The notes beneath the pieces were generated by a model. The model saw nothing but the letters and a program-made list of their open reading frames with translations. It was not told where the DNA came from and ran no database searches. Shown here in pieces: positions 34,547 to 46,845 of a stretch of DNA of 64,000 nt. Source of the DNA: Rhodosorus marinus CCMP1338 (Eukaryota; Plantae; Rhodophyta); NCBI GenBank assembly GCA_029953675.1, contig JAMWBK010000001.1, positions 186,001-250,000 on the forward strand, given 5' to 3'. How positions within the stretch are numbered: position 1 is the first letter of the stretch; each line of letters opens with the position of its first letter. The translations under genes and the position numbers were made by a program.

Positions 34547-35698
34547 CTAAGTGGCGACCTCGAAGTCTTTCGCGGACGACGCCGGGGATAACTCGTGGCT
34601 GTTCTCAGAGAGCCGCTCTGCTTCATAGTCTGAGTCGCTTGAGGACGAGTCCCTTGTCAGTGAATTGATGAGTTTCAGGGCCTTTGATTTGTTGACTTTC
34701 GGTTCTCGCTTTCCAGCGGGGCGGGGTCGCTCAACTACAAAGCGAAAAATGTTGTTGGTTAGGTTGGTCAGTATGCGGTCAAGCCCCGCGTCGTTAGTAT
34801 CCATCTCGGAAAGGACTAGCTCACATATTGATTTGAAGAGGAGTGTGCTCTTTGACGGACTTGGACTGTCAGCAGTTCGCCCTTCCATTTCGCGGCGCTT
34901 CTTCGGTGGGGATGCGCTTGCTTCAGTCTTGCCTATTTTCTTGCTACTCTCAAAAGTAGAAGTGATATCACTAGCATGGTTAATCCCCTCACCAGTTTGT
35001 CTTCCTTCAGAGCTGGTTCGTATACCTGAAGGGGAGCCCGAGTAGGAAGAATCCTCCTCGCGGTAGTGATTTAATCTTATTGATTTGAGAAGCTTCCCTT
35101 TCATGTCCATGACACGAAAACGTCCGCTTGCGTCTCTGTATGCCCGGAGCTTCTCACTTGGCAGCGATGGATCTCTCCATGGCGCTTTATCAAGGCGGTC
35201 GTGGGAAAGCCGAATTGTCTCCGGGTACTCCAAGTCGACTTCGTCTTGGGACGACTCTGGAACGTCACTCCTTACGGACGATCGAAGGAATAACTTTCTT
35301 TCTGACTTGAAATCAGTGCTCTCCTTTGCCCTCGCTGAAAGTTTCCGAGCACGTTTCTGTTTTCCAGCAGCTCCTTCCGGGGATGATTCGGCTTGACCAA
35401 GGTCTGTCAAGATCTTCTTCGGGGATTCTCCGGCAGGAGGGCGCCTTTTGGTACCCCCTCCCTTCTCCCCTTCGCCTCTATTCGAAACTCCCTCATCAAC
35501 CGCTTTCCTCTCCGGCTCGATGACATTTGACTCTCGGACACCTGTTGTGAGACCAGCTTTTTTTTTTGTGAAAAATCCCAAAATATTGAAGAAAAGCAAT
35601 CCAACGCCCACCCCCCTTAGTAAGAAAGTGCAAATCGCGATCGGGAATTGGGACAACTTACGTTCTTGCGGGGTTTGAGCTGCCCCGTCCACGGACAT
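34547..35698 (-). CDS. Hypothetical Ser/Arg/Lys-rich, largely disordered protein
   Basis: Long open frame (432 codons in the track). A GTAAG...AAAG in-frame intron near 35660-35563 removes the apparent hydrophobic stretch. Probable start MSVDGAAQ at 35698. No family recognised. Confidence 0.5.
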   Translation of the reverse strand: MSVDGAAQTPQERKLSQFPIAICTFLLRGVGVGLLFFNILGFFTKKKAGLTTGVRESNVIEPERKAVDEGVSNRGEGEKGGGTKRRPPAGESPKKILTDLGQAESSPEGAAGKQKRARKLSARAKESTDFKSERKLFLRSSVRSDVPESSQDEVDLEYPETIRLSHDRLDKAPWRDPSLPSEKLRAYRDASGRFRVMDMKGKLLKSIRLNHYREEDSSYSGSPSGIRTSSEGRQTGEGINHASDITSTFESSKKIGKTEASASPPKKRREMEGRTADSPSPSKSTLLFKSICELVLSEMDTNDAGLDRILTNLTNNIFRFVVERPRPAGKREPKVNKSKALKLINSLTRDSSSSDSDYEAERLSENSHELSPASSAKDFEVAT

Positions 35699-36586
35699 TC
35701 TCAAGCGAGCCCAAAACCCAGTTCCAAAAAGCCCCGCAATTATTCCGGCTACACCTCGCACGAAATCCTTCAAACCGGTTGTCGTCCAGTGCGGCGAGTG
35801 TTCGAGTTGTCCAGTTGTCAAAGGTCGTCCAGTCTCCAACTCCACGAAACCCTAGAAGCAAGTTTTTCCCATCACCATCCAAATCCTTTTCGAGCAGAAA
35901 ACTGTTATCCAACAAACCCGTAAAAGCACCACGCTCTCTCTCTCTCACACAGCAATACGAATAAACTTCACCTCCCTCCCCACCACCCTCTCAACCACCA
36001 CCCCTCCAACAAAACCTTACAAAATTCTACTTCTAATCCTACAACTTAAAACTCGATGAAAGCAACACAAAAACAAAAACTCAACCCCCTTCACAACACC
36101 ACCGTTTGCATTGAAAACCCAATCTCTCCGTTGTTGTGGAGGAGCTCTCCTACATACAGTGGAAGGACAAAGGAGGACGCAACTCGACGAAAACAACATC
36201 AAGAGGAAAACGCCATCTCATGAATAAATCTTCCCATCCTAGTCGGCCGATATCGTACACGCTCTCCCTAAGCAAAAAATATGAGGAAAAGTAGTGTGAT
36301 GAAGAAGCCCTGTTTTGTCGTCGTTCATCTCATTCGGTCAAAGTGAGGGTGTGGAGGACGAATTCTGTCAGAGCGAGCGTTGATGAAGGTCATGCTAGCG
36401 CTCCATCTGCAGGAAGATGGATGGACTCCCTTGGTCCCCACCCAAGCCAAAGAAAGCTATCCTTCGTCGCTCTGAACGGTTGAAACGCTTCCAATGCAAT
36501 CAAGTATGCGAGCAGGATTGAAGCGATGGGCCATGTAGCCTCTCTCGACGGGAAGGGCCCTTCTCTTTAAGAACAGGAATCAGCCA

Positions 36587-36960
36587 TTGAAGGGCATCAG
36601 CGGCGTTCTCTCCCAGAAGGTGAGTTTCTCCCTGAGCCCATGTACACTGACAAACAGTCCGGGACTGACCTTGCCTTCTGCAATGCCAAGGATGTGGCCT
36701 AGTCCAAGATTGACCGTGGCATGTGTATTGCCCAAGGGTACAAGAACGGGTTTGGCCTTTTCAAGTGTCGAGCAGAACTGGACAACAATGTGGCGCTACT
36801 AGAGAAACGCTGTCGGCGAGGGCTCAAGCGGATGCATGCAAGGCAGTGTGGTTTTTCAACGAACACAGTAGTGATGGTGTTGCATGTTGAAGTCGAATAT
36901 CCATATCGAACCCGTTCACACAACGGAATAGTTGCTTTCACGGAAACAACCTGGCCCATG
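36587..36960 (-). CDS. 3' exons of an unidentified hypothetical gene (upstream exons unresolved, probably up to ~37900)
   Basis: Protein-like terminal exon RHIVVQFCSTLEKAKPVLVPLGNTHATVNLGLGHILGIAEGKVSPGLFVSVHGLREKLTFWERTPLMPFNG*, preceded by an AG acceptor. Confidence 0.25.
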
Positions 36961-38055
36961 CTTAGGTTTTGAAGATGCTACTCAAATGCCCAATCGAGAC
37001 AAGTCGGTGCCTGTCGGTTGTAGTTGGGTTGTTTTACAAACGAGCAGATTGATCTGCCAAGCACAGACTTTTGCCATTCTGAACGGTTGGTTGACGTAGA
37101 AATATCCCCCACAGGGTCACATGGTGATTGCACTAGCCTGCTTGGCAAACATCTGCATATCAGGTTTTGCAGGGTGGCATCACAGGTTCCAAGCCTCTAC
37201 GGTGGAACCTCGCGGCCAAGTTTCTCCGTCGCGGAGTTTTGTGCTGTGGCTAACTAGAAAACTATCAACCCCTTGTGGATGTCCTCGCCGAAGGAAAGGG
37301 GAGGCACGCGGGTTGCGCTGCGGTTTACTGGCGTTTCAACGCCGCCTTAGTCTAGAGGCCCGTCCTTTTCCTTGGTTGCCTATTTTCCATTCGCTCAGGG
37401 CTGTTGTCTCCGAGTAATCCGGCTCAGTATCCGAACCTGGTCTTAGTGCTGGGTATGAGCTCCCCTCCTCCCCTCCGCGGTCAGAAGGAAGTGGGCCAAG
37501 TCTGGATGTCCCAAAGTGTGCATGACAGATTCGCTTTTCTTTCCACGTGAACAGTCCAGAACAGCCCTTTGGCCTATATGACAGGGCGCTCCCCGCTAGG
37601 AAACTTGATCAGGAATACTTTCGGTGACTCTGTGTTCACGAAGTTGTCGAGGAGATCTCAAAGCGTTGCACTCACGTGATCGACGCGATCGTGCTGTCTG
37701 ATGAGAGGGGTTGATGGAATCGGTAGTTCTGACGATTTCCGAGTTCCGACTACTCTACCACAGATTGCGGCGCTCGAAAACCAACGTTGTACACCTGGGC
37801 CTGTTCAGGTTGGTCCGAATCCATGGTACCGAAAACGTGCTGGTTCCTTCGCACCGTGTGAGCGGACGTAACGAAGAGAGAAGCGATTCTCGGCCATGTG
37901 ACATGACTCAGCTCCAGTGGCAAGGACTGGATTGGAGTAGCGCATACGTGGTCTTTGAGAAACGAGTTTGATGGTCCTCGTTTGACAACGAGAGTAATAG
38001 TTGTTCCACTTCAACGAAGCTAAAAATAGAACCCCTTTCTAGATGCACGCACAAA

Positions 38056-38985
38056 CTAATGCAGAAGCTTTTTCAGAATGGAAGTTCTACCCAGTTTGTG
38101 AGAGTACGTATCGATGTACTGGACGATGTTGCCCATTCCAATCTTGTGCAGCACCTTAAGTGGCGCCAGCAGAACACGGGAGAGAAGGAACGGTAGAGCA
38201 TCCGTAGTACTTGATGCGACCACGCCGTCCACGACAATTCTGTCATTCATCGTATGGATGTTGCGTACGGGAAGTCGTACATTCAGAATCTTCGTTACCA
38301 CCGCCGCGGTAGCCTCCGATTCAGTTTCTGGCACAACGAAAATTTTGGACCCCGCCTTGATCGACTTGGCTGGGACAAACGCATCCTTGTCCTTTGCGAC
38401 TCTCAGCAAGTGAGTGTTGGAGAGCGTAATAGCTCCAGATGCCTTGCCGTCGAGAGTGTTGAAATGGATCTGCCTGAGTCTCCTGACCGCAGTTTGTTTT
38501 CCGTGCTGAATCAAGAAAACTTCGGAGAAGGTTCGGCGACCTCGTGAGTCAACGGATTCAACCATATCTCCGACTCGAACTTCGTCGACGGCTTTCATCT
38601 GTCCGTCGGCCATCTTCACAGTGGAGAATGCGGAGAAGCAGATATCGTCATCGCAGAAGAGCTTGATGTAGATGTTGTTCCCGACCTGGTAGCAAAAGTC
38701 CTCTTGGGCTGTCTCATCGAGTACCTGAACTCCGTTGCAACTATCACTGTTCCAAGCCTGAATGCTTCCTTCAGGTTCCCCGTCCTGGCAAATGGCTCTC
38801 ACACCAATGTCGTTGAAGGTGTTATCAACGTCCAAGTCAACGCAATCGCCGTTGTCACCGTCCTCGCACTCCTCGCCGTCATCACAGGTTGAATTGGTGT
38901 ACGAGCAGATATCAAAGTCTTCCGCAAAAGCCACTAGGCTGAGTCCGCAGAGGATCAGCACAAGAATTGTAACCCAAACCTTCAT
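38056..38985 (-). CDS. Secreted Hog/Hint-domain precursor 1 (signal peptide + 8-Cys module + Hint + SRR-like tail)
   Basis: Single exon. Signal peptide; Hint starts at C116 (DDDI|CFSAFSTV) and contains VRVGDMV, TLSNTH and NIHTMNDRIVVDGVVASS. Amphipathic tail LLAPLKVLHKIG. Confidence 0.92.
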   Translation of the reverse strand: MKVWVTILVLILCGLSLVAFAEDFDICSYTNSTCDDGEECEDGDNGDCVDLDVDNTFNDIGVRAICQDGEPEGSIQAWNSDSCNGVQVLDETAQEDFCYQVGNNIYIKLFCDDDICFSAFSTVKMADGQMKAVDEVRVGDMVESVDSRGRRTFSEVFLIQHGKQTAVRRLRQIHFNTLDGKASGAITLSNTHLLRVAKDKDAFVPAKSIKAGSKIFVVPETESEATAAVVTKILNVRLPVRNIHTMNDRIVVDGVVASSTTDALPFLLSRVLLAPLKVLHKIGMGNIVQYIDTYSHKLGRTSILKKLLH

Positions 38986-41900
38986 TTTTCACAACCAAGA
39001 AGCTTGACAAAAAAAACAACGTCCTCCTTCAACAGCGAAGATCCGAGGCTTTCCTCAGCTGGCTCCCACCAACCATCGCTTGCAAATGCGGTGCCTTCAT
39101 ATAACCTACCAAATGGGCCGATCTCTTGATCGAACTGCACTACATGATCCGCGAATCCCCAACCACAAAAAAATCACCTTAATCCCCCTGCAGGTCCAAT
39201 GTCTTAGTCCTTTTCCCGCCCTGACCAATCAGTCCTGAAAGAAACCCAATCATTGTCAAATGTCCCGTATCACGTAATATCGCTACCCCCAACTTGCCTC
39301 CACCAGATTTTGAAAAACCTTATGACATCCTGCAAAACCCGGTATCCAAGTTAACCCCCCCTACCAAAGTAGGCCCCTCAATCGAGAACTAATTTGAAAC
39401 CTTAGAGATACCTGAAAACAACAATCTCCTCAGCGCTTCTCCCCCCCCGCCCCCCTTCTTAGAAAATATGAAGCTCCCCGTCACCAAGAGCCATGTCGAG
39501 TCCACCCCATTGCAATCCGCCAAAAAGAATGATAGCGCAAGTCCGTGATTTTTTTCAATGCAAAAGTTCTTACGGTTTAGCTGAAATCGAAATCTCCCCC
39601 CCCTGACTCTGATCAACACTTTTAAACACAATCTCAAAACGATTCAAACGGAATCTACACCCCTGTTAAAAATATGAAGAAAATCACCAGTAGTTTCCTT
39701 CATTTTCCGACGGGGGCGGGGGTCTTACGGCGTCTCTTTTTTCTGTAGTTTTTGACTGGAATGTGCGGATTCGAATGAAATGTCAGTATGATTTTTGCGA
39801 TGATCGCGAAAATATTGGAACAAAAAAACACCAAAAAACAAAAATGCTTGGCTTTCTGTCTACGTGGTTGGATCAGTAGACTATTTGATTTCAATGTCTC
39901 TATAGACAATGAGAAAATTCGACCTGAGTGAGCATGTATGTATATCAAACATCACGCGCACTTGGACTTTTTTTGAAAATAATTCGATTTGTCCGGGGTT
40001 GTGTATGCAGAACAAAAACAACTTTTGTCCAAAATCGTGCTGTACTCATATGCGTGTGGTATATATGATATGAGGTGGAGCGGAGATGAGATATAGTAGG
40101 ACGTTACGCTGGAAGCATATCTTTGCGTTTGCTTTTGGATGGGAAAACACCCCTGTGTTGCACATAGCAACCGATGGGTGGGGTTTGTGAAACCTATGTA
40201 GAGAGTAGATCTAGTAGATTTTGGGGGGACCTAGTGTCATGGCGCTCTTTTCTTTCCGCGGGGTTCAGACCACCAGCGCTGGAGTAGAAGTCTACGACCT
40301 AGTGGTTTTTCAGTCTAGACAGCATTTGAATGTTTTTGCTTTGCATTCCCGTCGAAGAACCTAATTTCAAGAATGCACCTTGTTTGGCTCGATTGAGAGT
40401 AGAAAAGGATTGTGTGAGAGCTTGGCTCCCCCCTTTCTTGTTTAGTGGACGGGAGCGACGAGTTTGGTATCATGGTAAACCCTGCAGTCTTTAACTCGCG
40501 ACCCACTCGGCGTAATCGAAACGGTTTCTTCGGCGAGTAAAGTGGTTCTGAAGAGCCTAAATATCTCACTCTGGAATCCAGGTTCAGTTCGACGCCGACG
40601 ATAGCGGAAGAGGCTGAGCTGATTTGGCAACTTGGCTCGGGGGACGAGCGAGCCCCAAAATCGCCCGATTTTAGCTCTTCGTGGAAAGGGAATTATTTGA
40701 CGCTTGTTGCTTACAAGCGTCAAATAATTCCCTTACCAGCGGGCCATAAAGTCACCCCCTTGCTTACTCTAGGGGCTCCAATTCAGTTGTCACGCGTAAC
40801 CTAAATATGCCATCAGTCGTTCTCACAGCGCTGTAGACGGCTACAACACGAACTCACGTCCACTACCGGCCTATTTTCTTTCCCAAATGAATAATCTCCA
40901 TCTCTTTCGTTTTGGCCATCAGTAGCAAACCTTTCTAGATACCAACACTCTAACGAATCGGATATTACATGCCTCGCTTCCTCCCAGCCCTGCCTATTAG
41001 CAACCACGATTCTATGGTATTTATCAACCCCTAAAATCAGGCTTCCGATAATGACAGGCTGTCCCTGCTCGAGCTTTCAGTAAGCGGGCTTCGCTTACTG
41101 TTTATCCTCTACAGTATAGTGTAGCTGCTCTACCTACGACACTTATATGATAAGGGGGGTTGCTCGGCTATAAATGGGGTCCCAACGCCAATTAAATATC
41201 TGGTATCGATACCTTCGTGTTTGCTTCGTGTTTGCTCCTGGTTTTTGAAAGAAGACCTGCATTGTTGTCTTGCAGTCACTCCCCGCACCTCAACCTGCTC
41301 GACAGCGTTCAACAACAACGACAAGACTCTGTGACTTTCCTCGTTCTAAACTCGAGGCACACATCTAGATTATGAGAGAAAAAAGAAGAACTGTCCATTC
41401 ATTGGCTGATCGCAGTAGCATCGAATTATTTTTGAATTACTACTCGAATCTCCCCCCGGCGACCTGCTTATGGTACGCAAGCAAGATTTTCACGTCAGAG
41501 ACTGGCTGCGTAGCTGCGCACAACACAGCGGTCCTAGACGTTTGTCCTGTATATGCGTTGAAGTGGTTAAGGATGCGCCCCGGAGTACGGGCAAAACTTC
41601 GTTGGACGTCGACCGAAGGCTCGCGAGCAGATTCTTTCCGCTGGGGCTCGCAAGCCGACTGAAACTGAGTACTTTTCACAGCCTTAGACTGTTGTTCTAC
41701 TTATCCGGTTTCTACTGTCCCTATGACAACTGCGTGATCCACTCCTTTTAGACGACTTAGGTATTTCCGTCCGCAGCTGTGGTTTACCAGTCTCACAGAA
41801 ACCTTGTGATGGGTGCGTGCCCTCGTGGACAAGTTTTTGGTGATAGCCCAAGGCTCCCCGGAGAAGAAAAGCAATGGATCCGGTTTCGTTTGTCGAGGGT

Positions 41901-42300
41901 TATGCATGACGAGATTGCTCCTCAGCACCCCGTGAACAGTCATTCCGTGAAGATGACGATTAATCACGCCTCCCTGGGTAATCCTGTAGTTTGACTTGCA
42001 GCGGGCAAATAAGATAGTTTCCATTCGTCACCCCAGCTTCCCAGTTTGGACTTCGGCCCAACGAATCAACCATGTACTAGCACGCAATAGTGATACGAAG
42101 CTGCATAGCGCAGGCAGACTCAAAATGTCGGCGATTTGGAGCACTCGCAGCAGAGGTCACTCAGTGCACGTGGTATGTAAAGAGCGATGGCGTAATGTCA
42201 AAAAGGAGCAACAGGTGGTTCCTTCGTTTTACATGTGCTATTTCGTATAGGCAAAGAAAACAACTGGCTTTTCGGTTCGAAGGCCGCATCCTAGCCCGCG

Positions 42301-43248
42301 CTACAAACTGGACAAGATCTTCCTCCCAGTAGAAGTCTTGGCCAGCTTGTGTGCATACGCATCAAAAGAAGTCACGACCTCGTGTAGTCCGATCTTGTAC
42401 AGGAGCTTAAGTGGCGCTAGGAGTAGTCGAGCAACGGAGAAGGGCACGAGTTCCGTCGTGCTTGATGCGACAACTCCATCAACCACAATTCGGTCGTTCA
42501 TAGTATGGATGTTGCGCACGGGATGTCGTACGGAAGAAACCTCCGTCACCAGCGCTTCGGTGGCCTCCAACTCGTCCTGCACGACGACAAATATGGTCGA
42601 TCCCTTCTCGATTGTCTTGGCAGGGACGAAAGTATCTTCCTCTTTCGCTTTCCTCAGCATGTGAGCTCCTGAAAGCGTGATCGCTCCAGAACCCTTACCG
42701 TCAACTGTACTGTAGTGAATCCGCCTGAGTGTCGTCGCGGAAACCTTTCCTTCATGTTGAATTAAGTACACTTCGGAGAATGTCCTCCGACCCCGGGAGT
42801 CAACAGATTCGACCGAGTCCCCTACTTTCACGTCTTGCACGCTCTTCGTTTCTCCATCGGACAGCCGGACAGACGAGTACGCAGAGAAGCAGATATCCTC
42901 CTGACACTCAAACCGTATGGCGAAATTCGTGGCGCCGACCGGGTTGACGACGGAGCAAGTATCATCCGCAATAGCATCAGCATCTGGCGTTCCACTGCAG
43001 TTGGTTTCTGAGAAAAGGCCGAGCAAGCCTGAGGCGTTTTCCGATTCAGTGCATGCGCCTATTGCACCATACTGTTCACTCGTACCGTCAACTGATACTG
43101 TTAGACACGAGCCGTTGTCGCCCTCCTCGCACTGCTCGCCTGAGCTACAAGAAGTATCCGTGTACGTGCAAACTTTGACACTCACTCCGTACGCGGTCAG
43201 ACTGAGCCCAAGAAACACTAACATAAGAGTCACCCCCTTAATCTTCAT
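42301..43248 (-). CDS. Secreted Hog/Hint-domain precursor 2 (paralogue of 38056-38985)
   Basis: Single exon with the same layout. Hint starts at C120 (QEDI|CFSAYSSV) and contains VKVGDSV, TLSGAH and NIHTMNDRIVVDGVVASS. Confidence 0.92.
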   Translation of the reverse strand: MKIKGVTLMLVFLGLSLTAYGVSVKVCTYTDTSCSSGEQCEEGDNGSCLTVSVDGTSEQYGAIGACTESENASGLLGLFSETNCSGTPDADAIADDTCSVVNPVGATNFAIRFECQEDICFSAYSSVRLSDGETKSVQDVKVGDSVESVDSRGRRTFSEVYLIQHEGKVSATTLRRIHYSTVDGKGSGAITLSGAHMLRKAKEEDTFVPAKTIEKGSTIFVVVQDELEATEALVTEVSSVRHPVRNIHTMNDRIVVDGVVASSTTELVPFSVARLLLAPLKLLYKIGLHEVVTSFDAYAHKLAKTSTGRKILSSL

Positions 43249-44477
43249 CTTTCTAGATAGGACGAGAGTATTCTTCTTCTTGCACTTGTGACCTAAGAAC
43301 TCCCTCCCTGGTGGCCAGTAGGCAATACCAGCAGAAATCCAAATCTGCTCCGCCGTTGACCCACAAGCCGGACCCCCCAGGGGCTAAATATATACGCACT
43401 AGCAAAGGATCTGAAGGGAATCGGACTTCAGTAGAATGATCTTGCCACCTCATCTACAGGTGCATCTCAGACAGCCTCCATCAAAATCAAAAAAAAGGAC
43501 GAATCTATTTGACAATATCTCCACGAAAATGTGTGTCACCAAGAAAAAGAAAGATGAAGTTAGTACACGTCATCAACCAAGAGATATATCCACCAGATAT
43601 TGTTACTCATGCGATGATAACATGACGCGGGAGCGACAATCTCACCACCCCGAAGAGATCTACAACAACATAGCATCTAAAACAACCAGGATCGACATCG
43701 GGAAGGAGAAGTCCTTCCATAAAAATATATAGTACGATCTTCAAAATTAAGGAATAAAGCGACAGCCTGTCTTTTCTTTGAAAAGAATGTGAGAACCTCC
43801 CCTACTTTACAACCTTGTATAGGCAAAACCGATTAGATTCAGATCATACTTTCCATTTTTGCTCAGCCGGAAGGGGTGTGATGTGAGAACGAAAAAACGA
43901 GGCCGAACGCAGATTACAAGGTTGCACCCGGGATTTTAGGTCAGAACGTTAAGCGTATCTTTAACGATTCTAGTGGACATACACGACAGAAACAGGAGGA
44001 TAGGGATTATTCCTTTGGAAAAGAAAATAGTCCGATATTGGACGGATGGTTCGAAGTTGATACATATATACATATAATTCTAAAAGAGGTAATAAGTAGG
44101 TTATTTTCGGGAGGCCTGCAGGCAAGTGTCTCCCTCAATTGTCCCAAGAATTATGTACAAAATTTGAATGAAAACTCAATGAATAAAAAAAATTAGATAT
44201 AGAAATATAGAAATTCATACCCTGTTTGATGATTCCATTCTAAAATTAACCGTTATACCGGCCCCTGCTAGGATTGAGATGGAGCAGGAGGGCCGGGGGG
44301 GGGGGGTGGAATTTTTACAGAGTCTCGTATCTATTGTAAAATGATTGAAATTTGGACAATATCATTTTCTCTTTCGAGGATTTAGGGTGATCGTTTCTGA
44401 GCAGGGTGTAAGTTTGGGGGTTGGTGTGTGGGGTGTGTCCTCGTTCATTATCTCGGAGGCTGAATATGGGGAAGTAG

Positions 44478-45916
44478 GCACATCAAGGGGAGAGTACAAG
44501 ATGCTCGTCTGGAGAACTAGGGTGCTGTTTCATCCTTCCATTGGAGCAATTTAGATGGACAGAGTTACAACCCGGCCAGCCAACCAACGGAGGATTCTTG
44601 CGCTCACAAATTCTTTTTTCAAAGTAGCTTTGTTCATAGCGTTCGATCTGTCGTTGTGACATGGGGCTTGTTCTTCCCTCTGTCAATAGTAAAAACCATT
44701 CATTACATAAGGCTCATCGGCCACAGGGGGACAACTGTTTGCAAGAAATTTCATTTGTTCTCTGGCAGACCGGCTGGTGAATAGACTTGGACTCTTTCAA
44801 GTCCCTTGGACGGCCCTTTTTCCCATCGCCCATAGTTCGTTCCACCATGGTACGCCTCCGTCGTCCATTCGAACTTCAGTTTAACGAGCTAGAGGTAAGA
44901 CCGTAAGGGAACCCAGTCGATAGGGTGCTGGCTGATTATGATTGGCTTTCGTATTAGCGGAGGGGTATTCTGTTTGGCGGATCTCGTTGCTTATTGATTG
45001 GTCATCGTGATATCAACTTGTTCTCAGCTGTGTGTACTTCTTTTTCGTTGATTTGGGATTCGTTCGCTGAGATCGAAATAAGCACACCATGTCACATGCT
45101 TAAGAGAGATATCCGCAAGTATTACGCGACTGGAGATGTCGATGCTAACGCCACAGCCCAAGCCGTCCCCCCTCCCCCCCAAAGCAACAACAAACTCTCG
45201 CGAGCAAGGTAAGGAAGCTTCCTTAGATGATAATATTTCATCGGTGTTGAGATTGTTCCCGCTTGAGTTGAGTACCATACAGGTAGACTCGGGTTGTTTG
45301 TATTCTTTCCGCATTTGCGGTGTTTTGTGCTAAACAGGTTGACCCTTGGGGTTTCCTGCACGCCCCCCCCCCCCTCAATAAGAGTTGAATGCGGATTGAG
45401 TTGATGCCAGAAGCCCATTGCGAGCTTTCGGGATTTAGGGGGAGCTCTGTTACCACGGATGTAAGCACCATCTTAGCCCCGAGAAAACAACCTGTCGTCC
45501 GTCCCTCCGTCCGAATTCATCCCACAAGGGAAGACTGAGTCATTGCTGCGCTAGTTACCTCAACGATGCCGCTTTCGTGCAAGCAGCTTTACGGAAACCG
45601 CTACTCAGAGATTTCTCTCTGCAGGAGGAAAGCTTCCCACAGGTGCGAATTAGGCAACCGGGTTGGAGCACGTCGCGGACCCTTGAAGCGCATGTCCACT
45701 GGCTAGTGACCTGCTCCTCCCACCAAAACCATGTCGATTTCTAGTAGCTCTTTATATACACGTCTAACTGCACCCAGTCTCCGTTGAGAGGGTTCAGCCC
45801 AATACAGCGCAAAAGGAACTTCCGAACGCCGGGATGTTCTACTTCTCTCCGTCGAAATCGTCGTCAGCGTCCTGAGCTGCATGATCTCTACTGTATGGCA
45901 CATGCCAATCAGTTAA
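44478..45916 (+). CDS. Probable multi-exon hypothetical protein; boundaries uncertain
   Basis: Several AG...GT-bounded open segments (e.g. DRLVNRLGLFQVPWTALFP, WDSFAEIEISTPCHMLKRDIRKYY, YLNDAAFVQAALRKPLLRDF, DVLLLSVEIVVSVLSC). No family recognised. Confidence 0.3.
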
Positions 45917-45957
45917 CCGACTTTATATGGGTGAGGCCGACACATCCGGCGGTTTGC

Positions 45958-46602
45958 TCAGCTATCGTCGCCTTCCTCCTGCAGAGGTATGCTGATCCCA
46001 CAGAGCTCTGTCAACTCGCCATTCAGCTTCTCTCTGAGGTATGAGTCGTCGCGAGAAGAGCGCCATTGTCGTTCACGGAAGTCCCAGTAGTATCTAGCGG
46101 GACCGCTCTTTGGAGATGACAACCAAAGCTGTCGGTTAGGGGTTTGTGTGTTGACTACGTAAGATCCCAATCCTACCATTGTCGGTGAGTAGCACACCTG
46201 ATCAGTGGCTTGGACACCACGTAATATTTCATGATTCTATCAGATCGGCTGCTTACCGTTGCCAAGGGTGACCGTTAGAACGCCCATGCTCAGTTCTATG
46301 TCGAACTCACCTCCGAGCTTGTCGCTCTGTACCTCGATTGAGTCGTGCAGCGACGTCAGCGTAGAGTCAGCCGTCGAATAGAAGTCATGCTCAGACCAGT
46401 CGGCAGCTGTGGGGTGGCTCTTAATCGCCAAATATCGCACCAAAGAGCACTTTGGAGTCCTTCCCGCATACCCCGCCCCAACACCCGTCTCGAATCGAAT
46501 GCCTCCTCCGTGAACGATCTCCCGATGTGCTTGAAGGGATTTCCTCACATACGCACGCCCATGCGCTGTGATAGTGCGTCCTAAGATCAATATCCCATTC
46601 AT
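45958..46602 (-). CDS. FXN: Frataxin homologue, mitochondrial
   Basis: Two exons giving FYSTADSTLTSLHD...[42 protein letters not shown]. Basic N-terminal presequence. Confidence 0.96.
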
Positions 46603-46845
46603 CTGTGACCTCTGGTTTGTTTGCCTTACTTTTCACTTAGCTAAGCAAAGGAACAGTGAACCGTCGCTCTCCAAACCCCGGCGAAGTGCTTTTGAATCAT
46701 CTCGTTATCCGCTCGGCAACAACCAAAGCGTGCAATGGAATTTCGACTGGACGGCAGTCCATTCACACGAGCGACTGGTATGGGATTTATTTATGGAAAC
46801 AAAGTACATAGGCTTTACATTTCGAGCAGAAGAAGTATTTCCAGA

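Noticed and set aside
40223-41056. Intact LTR retroelement or solo LTR
   Set aside because: TG...CA words and a G-tract are present, but there is no repeated LTR pair, canonical PBS or gag/pol motif; kept only as a low-interest finding.
44290-44310. Poly-G tract (also poly-C at ~45362 and ~39440) as a G-quadruplex element
   Set aside because: Isolated homopolymers without four spaced G-runs; length may also be an assembly artefact.
4301-46602. Mitochondrial Fe-S gene cluster (FDXR plus frataxin)
   Set aside because: The genes are ~40 kb apart with many unrelated genes between them, consistent with chance.
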